From positions 44,206,001 through 44,270,000 of the forward strand of contig OX597827.1 in assembly GCA_951406725.2 (NCBI GenBank): 64,000 bases of DNA, given 5' to 3'. Of the stretch, positions 54,826-64,000 are shown in pieces. Each line of letters opens with the position of its first letter. Position 1 is the stretch's first letter. Source of the DNA: Octopus vulgaris (lineage: Eukaryota). Made by a program: the position numbers and the translations under genes. Below the pieces are notes generated by a model. It was given only the letters and a program-made list of their open reading frames with translations, did not search any database and had not been told where the DNA came from.

Positions 54826-56299
54826 TAATGAAAATATTGAAGAAAGTGTACGACCATTCACAGGAAAGACAAAATGTCAGACACTGACAAACCCGTACAG
54901 GAATGCGCTTTCTATGAACTGAGTGAGAGAGTTTGTAAAACGAGTGGGTGTATGTGTATGATGTTCATGTTGTGTGTGCATTAAAAGGTGTTTGTGTACG
55001 TGTTGTCTCTCTCTCTCTCTGTCTCTATCTATATATCTCTCTCTTTTTCTCTCTCTTTCTGTCTTTCATATACGTATACACATGTGCATGAGTATAGGTG
55101 TGATTATGTATCTATGTATATGCGAAGGCACACATTTTACACGTGTGTGTGTGTGTGTGTTTGCAATGTGTGTGTGTCTGTGTGTGTGTGTGTGTGTGTG
55201 TTATATGGGTGTGTTTTGCCTGCCTGTCATGCCAGTGTGTGATGAACGCATCTATACGAAAGCATGTGTGTGTGTACGTCTCTGTATGTGTGTATGTATG
55301 TATGTATGTATGTATGTATGTATGTATGTATGTATGTATGTATGTATGTATGTGTGTGTGTCTATGTGTGCATGTCTATGTGTGTGTGTTTATGTGTGTG
55401 TGCGAACTTGGTTGTTTATGAGGACGACGATTAGTGTAGACATCTGTTTGTGCGTGCATGTGTGTGTGTGCATGTGTGTATGTGTGTCAGTATATCTGTG
55501 CGCGTCTGTGCTTATGTCTCTATGTGTGTTTGAATGTGTATGTCTATGTTCGTATTTCTGAGTGTTCGTGTGCCTGTATGCTTGTTCGTTAGTGTGCGCT
55601 TTTATGTATGTATGTGTGTGTGCGTGCGTGCGTGCGTGTGTATGTGAGTGTAACTAAATAGAGAAAGAGAAATTAAAAGACAACGAGAGTAGCTGAAAGC
55701 TGAGTGGGTGGACAATGAAGAAGTTGGGTAGGTGGAGGAGGTACATGGCGAGCAAGATACACAATTTCCTCCTGCGCAGATTTTTATTGTTTTATATACA
55801 TATACACATATACATGCTTGTACATAGACACACACATATATATATGTGTGTGTGTGTGTGTGTATGCATATATGCACGCTCACACACACACAAGAGGAAT
55901 AGCACACACATACACACACATTTTCAGGTTGATATACTAAAACATTGAAAAAAGAAAAAAAGCAACATGGCGGAGATTAAAACCTAATTTCTAGTTTTCA
56001 ATGCTGACAATGGCTGAATCACAGTAAACAAAATTCCAAGCAAAGCCAAACAAATATGCAAGAAATAAAGACAGCTTTTGGTGGTGGGGTGATTAATTTC
56101 AATAGTAATTTGAATAGTTATTAAGTTTCAGTCAATCGTTAGACGTTCTCCAAAGATGGAGGAGAAAGACATACGTATGTTCTTGAACGAACTCTTTCTA
56201 CCTATCTATCCGTTGCCTTTATTTATCTGTCAATTTCCTTGCCTATGTATCCAGCTATCTAGCTGGGATGTTGTATAATTTATCTATCTATTCTATCTA

Positions 56300-56331
<32 letters not shown>

Positions 56332-56487
56332 TCTATCTACCTATCTATCTATCTATCTATCTATATATCTATCTATCAATCTATCTGTCTGTCTTCTGTC
56401 ACCCTCCCTCCTTCTCTCGCTCCCTCTCTCTCCTTTTCAATATAACTATTTATCCATCCACCTCTCTATCATCTTTATATCTATCTG

Positions 56488-56518
<31 letters not shown>

Positions 56519-56571
56519 GTATATCTATCCGTCTATCTATCTATCTATCTATTTATACATATATATGTATA

Positions 56572-56607
<36 letters not shown>

Positions 56608-56669
56608 TGTATGTATGTATGTATAAATATATAAATATATGTATGTAAATATATGTATATAAATATATG

Positions 56670-56712
<43 letters not shown>

Positions 56713-56753
56713 CATGCATCCATATTGATATATGCACACACAAACACACAAAC

Positions 56754-56816
<63 letters not shown>

Positions 56817-57167
56817 TACATATATATACATATATATACATATATATATATATATAAATACATTTATATATGTATGTATGTATCTATGTATATAGGTGTG
56901 AGTGTGTCTGTATGCATGCATGTATGTATGTATGTATGTATATCAAATTCCCTACCTGTTTTCTACCTGCATGCGAATCTATCTACCTGTCGGCCTATCA
57001 ATCGTTTTCTTTACCCAGGTATTGATGTATGAAGCTTAGTAGAAATCTCCATTTCTTTCAGTCTGTCTATTTATCAATCTAACTATCCACCTGTCTATTT
57101 GTCTGTCTGGTCTGTCTATCTATCCATCCATCTATCTACATATTTGCCTATCTGTACTTATGATATT

Positions 57168-57326
<159 letters not shown>

Positions 57327-57404
57327 TTGGCTATCTATGTATGTATCTGTGATTCCTCCTTTCTCCTTAGAAACCTGTCCATCTATCTTACCAGCCAGCC
57401 ACGA

Positions 57405-57484
<80 letters not shown>

Positions 57485-57678
57485 CGGCCTGCTTATCTGG
57501 TACTTATCCATTTATCTACCTATCTACCTAATGTTTTTGTCCTTCTATATATATATTCATTCATCTTCATATCTATCTTCCAATCTCTCTCTCTCTAGTT
57601 CTCTCTCTCTTTTTCTCTCTTTATATGTTTATATGTGTTTGTGTATAGGATAGATACATACATACATACATACATACA

Positions 57679-57710
<32 letters not shown>

Positions 57711-58193
57711 CATACATACAGTACATAGAGTGAGAGAGAGGGGTAGAGAGAGATTTGACGGATTGAGTGATTCGTTGGTTGTTAGACATACACACACATT
57801 GTATAGAGATATATATGTATATGTGCACGCATGTGTTCGTATATATATGTGTATACATATACGTGAGCATGTATATATATGTGTGTGTGTATACAAGTAT
57901 AATGTGTGTGTGTCTCTACATGTATTTATGTGTGCTTTGTGTATATGTGCGCGTGTACACATGTGTGTGTATATATATATATATATATAAGTATATACCC
58001 TGTGTGTGCGTGTGTGTATGTGTGTGCGTGTGTGTGTGTATACATGTATATATAAATGTCTCTGTATATAGATATAAGTATATATCCTGTATAATGTGTG
58101 TGTCTCTTAATGTATATATGTGTGTTGTGTGTATATGTGTGTGTACGCATGTATATATGTGTGTGTATATATATATATATAATATATACCCTC

Positions 58194-58278
<85 letters not shown>

Positions 58279-58430
58279 ATCTATTAGCATCCCTTCGCTC
58301 CGCTAACTGACGATAACTGCCATTCTCCGCTGAACATGATTTCAATAACACAGAAGATATGCTTTATAAATGCAGGAAATTGCTTTCACGTGCTCGCTGA
58401 TCGGCACATTCTAACAACTGAACAGGGAGT

Positions 58431-58840
58431 AGAAGAAGGAGAAGAAGAAGAAGAAGAAGAAGAAGAAGAAGAAGAAGAAGAAGAAGAAGAAGAAGAAGAA
58501 GAAGAAGAAGAAGAAGAAGAAGAAGAAGAAGAAGAAGAAGAAGAAGAAGAAGAAGAAAAGGAAGAAGATGAAGAAAAAGAAGATTAAGAAGAAGAAAAGG
58601 AAGAAGAAGAAGAAGAAGAAGAAGAAGAAGAAAAGGAAGAAGAAGAAGAAGAAGAAGAAGAAGAAGAAGAAAAGGAAGAAGAAGATGAAGATGAAGAAGA
58701 AGAAAAGGAAGATGAAGAAGAAGAAAAGGAAGATGAAGATGAAGAAGATGAAGATGAAGGAGGAGAAGGAGAAGAAGAAAAAGAGAAAGAAGAAGAAGAA
58801 GAAGAAGAAGAAGAAGAAGAAGAAAAAGAGGAAGAAGAAG
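58431..58840. repeat. about 400-bp (GAA)n purine tract
   Basis: Directly visible. Confidence 0.95.
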
Positions 58841-58934
58841 TGAGGTAAAGATACTATAACAATAACAGCAAGATGAAGCAGGAGACGAAAGAGGAGAGTG
58901 GAGGAGGAGGAGGAAATGATGATGACGATGATGA

Positions 58935-58968
<34 letters not shown>

Positions 58969-59772
58969 GTGGTGGTGGTGGTGGTGTGGTGGTGATGATG
59001 ATGATGATTGTGGTGGTGGTTGTGATGATGTTCGTGATCATGATGATGATGATGATGACGATGACGATGATGATGATGATGATTGTGGTGGTGGTTGTGG
59101 TGATGATGATTGTGGTGGTGGTGGTGGTGGTGGTGGTGGTGGTGGTGATAGTGGTGGTGTTGATGATGATGATGTTGGATCATGTTGATAATGACGATGA
59201 CGGGAATGACGAAAAGTTGGAGGAGGATGAGAAAAAGAAGAAAGAACAACAACAATACCAACAACAACAACAATACCAACAGCAACAACAACTACTACTA
59301 CTACGACAAACAACAACAACAACAACAAACGAAAAGGAGCATGTGGATGAGATGAAGGAGAACAAAAGGGAGGTGGTGGTGTGTGGTGGGGTGTAACGGC
59401 AACTAATTTCTCCGGGATTTCTTCAAGCTTCCAATGAACGATTGGCCTCTGGTTTCTTCGCTTTCATTCTACGCTTTTTTTTTGTTGTTGTTGTTCTAGT
59501 TGTTGCTATTACTGCTGTCTGTTTCTGCCGCTGTTGTTGCTGCATTTGTTGTTGTCGATGATGATGATGAGGAGGAGGAGGAGGGGTAAGAGGAGGGGGA
59601 GGAGGAGGATAATGACGATGTTATTGTTTATACTGTTTCTATTGCTTTTGTCATTGCTAATTTTATAATTATCATCATCATCATCATCATCATCATCATT
59701 TCCGCGTCATCATCATCATTACAATTAATATCAACATCGCTATCATCATCATCATCATTATCATCATCATCA

Positions 59773-59804
<32 letters not shown>

Positions 59805-59805
59805 G

Positions 59806-59847
<42 letters not shown>

Positions 59848-59946
59848 ATCATCATTGTTATTCATGATAACGTTACTGTTGGATTTTCTCGGTTTAATCA
59901 CCGACATTAAGACCTGCACTGCTACTACTACTACTACTACTACTAC

Positions 59947-60009
<63 letters not shown>

Positions 60010-60361
60010 TGATGATGATGATGATACCAGCAAAAGCTGTGGAATTGCAGAATTGCCAATGCTTTGAGCAGAATGCCTAGCAATATTTGTTCCGGTTCTT
60101 TGCATTCTAGTTTCAAATCTCGCCGACGTTGGTATTCGCCTTTCATCTTTCTGGGTCTAGCTCGTTCTTATGCATGGTATCACAATCAATGCCACCAGCT
60201 CCACCACCACTACTACCACTACCACCACCCACTACAACTATGATGAGTCAATGTAGTTTCCTCAATGTGGTCGTTCGGCGAGCTAAAATTAGCAGCCAAG
60301 TCTACCTCAAATCACCTTCGAAAAGGATACGTTAACTAGTGTGCTTATACATATATATATA

Positions 60362-60504
60362 TCTTTATTTCTCACAGGGGGCTAAACATGGAGGGGACAA
60401 ACAAAGACAGACGAAGGGATTAAGTCGATTACATCGGCCCCAGTGCGTAACTGGTACTTATTTAATCGACCCCGAAAAGATAAAAGGTAATGTCGACCTC
60501 GACG
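60362..60504 (-). mobile_element. SINE family A 3' part
   Basis: Reverse complement of the family A core and tail. Confidence 0.8.
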
Positions 60505-60520
60505 ATATATATGTGTGTGC

Positions 60521-60601
<81 letters not shown>

Positions 60602-60650
60602 TGTGTGTGCGTGTGTGTGTTTACACACACACACACACGCACATAGATAG

Positions 60651-61263
60651 GTATGTTTCTTTATTGGCCACACACCGCTGAACACAGAAGGGACAAAATA
60701 CAAAGTAGAGCTTTTCTTTTTGGGAAGAGAAGGAAAAGAAAAAATGGAAAGTGGGGTAGAAATTCGATTAAAAGGGATCGTTAAAAAACGCCGATAAATA
60801 GGGATTGTACATTACAGAAATGTCAGTGTAAAAGGGAAAGCAGATCAGGTTTATCTGTAGAAAGAAAAGCCTACGGAAAAGACCACGGTGACCTCGGGCA
60901 ATAATATCATGCAAAAAACGCATTAAAGTGACTCTCTTTTTTTCCCTTTTTTTTTTGTTCGTAGGATTATACTCAAGGTGTATATAATCACACGTGCCAT
61001 CCTTGCTACATTCCCCCATCCTTTTTGCTAAGCATTCACTAGACAAAACTCACCTTCCTCTTCTAGTGAGACTTGTAGAAGTTGATGAGAGATTCACCAG
61101 AGAGAAAAGTGTTTGTCTCTAGACCTTTCGGACGCGTCCAGCATACACATTCTTTCGCCATAGCCACAAGTACGATAAAAATGGCTCTTCCTTCCCGTTT
61201 CAAGGAAGGAGGTGTGACAGTATTCACGATAGACACGGTTGATAAACTGACTCGTCCCACACG
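60651..61263 (-). mobile_element. Tx1/L1-type LINE 3' fragment
   Basis: Homologous to 27385-28015 (GRVSLSTVSIVNTVTPPSLKREGRAIFIVLVAMAKECV); 3' end abuts GATA. Confidence 0.8.
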
Positions 61264-61376
61264 TCGAAAGAAATCCGGCCGACCTGTTAAAGGCGGTGCG
61301 TAGACTGATACGAGTCGAAAAGCGCACCTAGGACGACCAGTCTACCCTCCGGGTCTACGAATATTGTCTTTACTTT

Positions 61377-61443
<67 letters not shown>

Positions 61444-61555
61444 GGATGGATGGATGGATGGATGGACGGACGGACGGAAGGACGGACGGAAGGACGGACG
61501 GGCGGACGGACGGACGGGCGGACGGACGGACGGGCGGACAGACAGACAGACAGAC

Positions 61556-61637
<82 letters not shown>

Positions 61638-61671
61638 AGAGAGGGAGAGGAAGAGAGAGAGAAAGAGAGAT

Positions 61672-61830
61672 ACGACGGCCTTCTTTCAGTTTCTGTCTAG
61701 CAAATCCACTTAACGATTTGGTCGAACCGGCTAAATGATAGAAGCCACCTGCCCAAGATGCCACGCTGTGGGATTGAACGCGGAATCATCTGGTTGGGAA
61801 GTATGCTTATAAGTGTGTATGCGTGTGTGT
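61672..61830 (-). mobile_element. SINE family B 5' half
   Basis: Reverse complement of the family B head. Confidence 0.7.
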
Positions 61831-62244
61831 ATGCATGCGCGTATGTATGTATGTATGTATGTATGTATGTATGTATGTATGTATGTATGTATGCATGTAT
61901 GTATGCATGCATGTATGTATGGGTGTACGTATGTATGAATGTGTGTATGTATGTATTGGTGTATGTACATATGTATGTATGTATGTATGTATGTATATAT
62001 GTATGGGTGTAAGTATGTATGAATGTGTGTATGTATGTATTGGTGTATGTACATATGTATGTATCTGTGTATGTATGTATTATGTATGTATGTATGTATG
62101 TATGTGTGTATGTATGTATGTATGTATGTATGTATGTATGTATGTATGTATGGGTGTATGCATGTATGTAGGTATGTGTGTATGTATGTATGTATGTATG
62201 TATGGGTGTATGCATGTATGTACGTATGTGTGTATGTATGTATG

Positions 62245-62278
<34 letters not shown>

Positions 62279-62499
62279 TGCATGTATGTATGTATGTATG
62301 GGTGTACGTATGTATGAATGTATGAATGTATGTATGTATGTATGTATGTATGGGTGTATGCATGTATGTACGTATGTGTGTATGTATGTATGTATGTATG
62401 TATGTATATATGTATATACATACATCCATGGGTGTTTGTATATATGGGTGTATGTATATATATGTATATGTAGCTACAGGATTTGTTGAGTATATAAAC

Positions 62500-62935
62500 A
62501 GATTGGTTACATGTCATTCTGGAATTGGTCAAATAGATGTAGACGTCTCTAATGATAATCCAATAAGATTCCCAAAAATCGATTAAGTTTGTTCATCATT
62601 TTCTCAATCTACGGAGAAACAGGTAAATTAGCCCCTGTTTATGAAGGTACTTTATAGCTTACATATTCATGATAACGTGTGGATTGAGATCTTCGTTGAT
62701 AGGCCCCTGGTACTGAAAATAAAGTGTTAAACACGATATGCAAATTAGGAGCTCCAGTTTTCTATAACTGCTTTAATTGGTGAGAATATAACCATATTGG
62801 CCGTTTTTCTCTCTGGGATTGATCGAATTGAAACTGACTCCTCTGATGAGAATCTAATATGATTCGAAAACCCATTAAAGTTGTTCATCATTTTCACAAA
62901 CTACTAAATTAGTCCTGTCAATAAAGATACTATAC
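62500..62935 (+). mobile_element. decayed tandem element (about 290-bp period) with hammerhead remnant at 62843-62869
   Basis: CTGATGA-GAATC-taatat-GATTC-GAAA. A diverged copy of this segment and the following TTGTTCATCATTTTC lies at about 62548-62612. Confidence 0.5.
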
Positions 62936-63546
62936 AGGTTACACACGCGCGTGTACGCACATACATACATACATACATACGTACATACTAAAACTTTCCA
63001 GAAGTTTATCATTTAAGTATATATGAGCATGCAAGTATATGCATGGGATAACATGCATGAAACAAAACTTTAAAATCTCAGCGTATACATACATACAAAT
63101 ATACTTGAGTCTAGGTTAGAAACCGGTCCTTTTTCTATTGGCAAGAAATCTTGAAATAAAACTGAATAATGACATCCATACAAACAAATACCCAGTCGTT
63201 CATATATCAATATCTATAAATCTGAAATGCGAAAAGTTTGTTTGTTTGTCTGGTTTTGGCATTGAAACGGGTTAAAGGGCGGTAGATCCCGTCGGATTGA
63301 CTCCAAAATTTACAGGGACACGTAAAATGAGGTGAGAATGTGAGTGGGCTAGGTTAGAAATCCCTATCTTAAAAGGTGTGGTCACTAGGGCAAAAAACGC
63401 ACACTTTGACACGTCTTCTCTCATTCTCTTACCTGCCTATCTTCCTCCGTCTCTCTCTCTCTTTCCTCCCTTCCTTTCACTTTCTCTCTATAGCGTCGTT
63501 TGACAGCGTCTACTATCTTTCCCCTGCCGCCTTCACTCTTTCTTCC

Positions 63547-63577
<31 letters not shown>

Positions 63578-63610
63578 ACGTCTGTCTGCATTCATAGAGA
63601 GAAATAATTT

Positions 63611-63930
63611 ACTGAAAAAGCGATAGGCCGAACTACTGGGAATTGAACACCATATCAACCCTTACATGGCTCCGTACACACCCAATTCAGCCACTTAGCT
63701 TATTCGTCAATTTCACCCAATTTTGATATATAGATAGTTTTAGTCTACTATACAGCCTTCCGGTTTGTTTACAAATTTATAGATATGTATACTAGACTAA
63801 AATTATTTATACATTAAAATTGGTTGAATTTGACGGGTGGGCCATGTGGCTGAATTAGGTGTATACGGAACCATGTAAGCATTAATGTCGTGTTCATTCC
63901 AAGGGATTTGACCCATCTTTTTTTTCAATC
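63611..63930. repeat. imperfect about 320-nt inverted repeat (rod)
   Basis: CTTACATGGCTCCGTACACACCCAATTCAGCCAC..TTTTAGTCTA pairs with TAGACTAAAA..GTGGCTGAATTAGGTGTATACGGAACCATGTAAG. Confidence 0.75.
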
Positions 63931-64000
63931 AGTTGTTTAGGTTTAGTCGATTTAAATGGATTATATATAATTATATAAATAATAAATAATTATAGTTATT

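Overview
This is eukaryotic, very microsatellite-rich intergenic or intronic DNA. The SINE set and repeat style suggest an octopus or other coleoid cephalopod (inference). No host protein-coding exon is supportable, and almost all ORFs in the track are translations of simple repeats. Non-simple sequence is mostly transposon debris: a decayed Penelope-like element (RT + GIY-YIG) split by a CR1-type LINE 3' end, R4/Dong-type, Tx1/L1-type and RTE LINE 3' fragments, three tRNA-derived SINE families, mariner/maT/pogo-type DNA elements and MITEs, and Helitron/Helentron-associated elements. The most striking signal is a dense, sequence-diverse set of short non-coding elements that carry type I hammerhead ribozymes (about 5 well-formed, several truncated or variant). 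Most end at (TA)n tracts, and several occur as more-than-unit-length tandem copies (490 and 533 bp monomers) and/or with long 5' fold-back inversions. Three of these have unusually long helix II and share conserved 3'-terminal motifs despite unrelated bodies. They look like a retrozyme-like system mobilised by Penelope-like elements.
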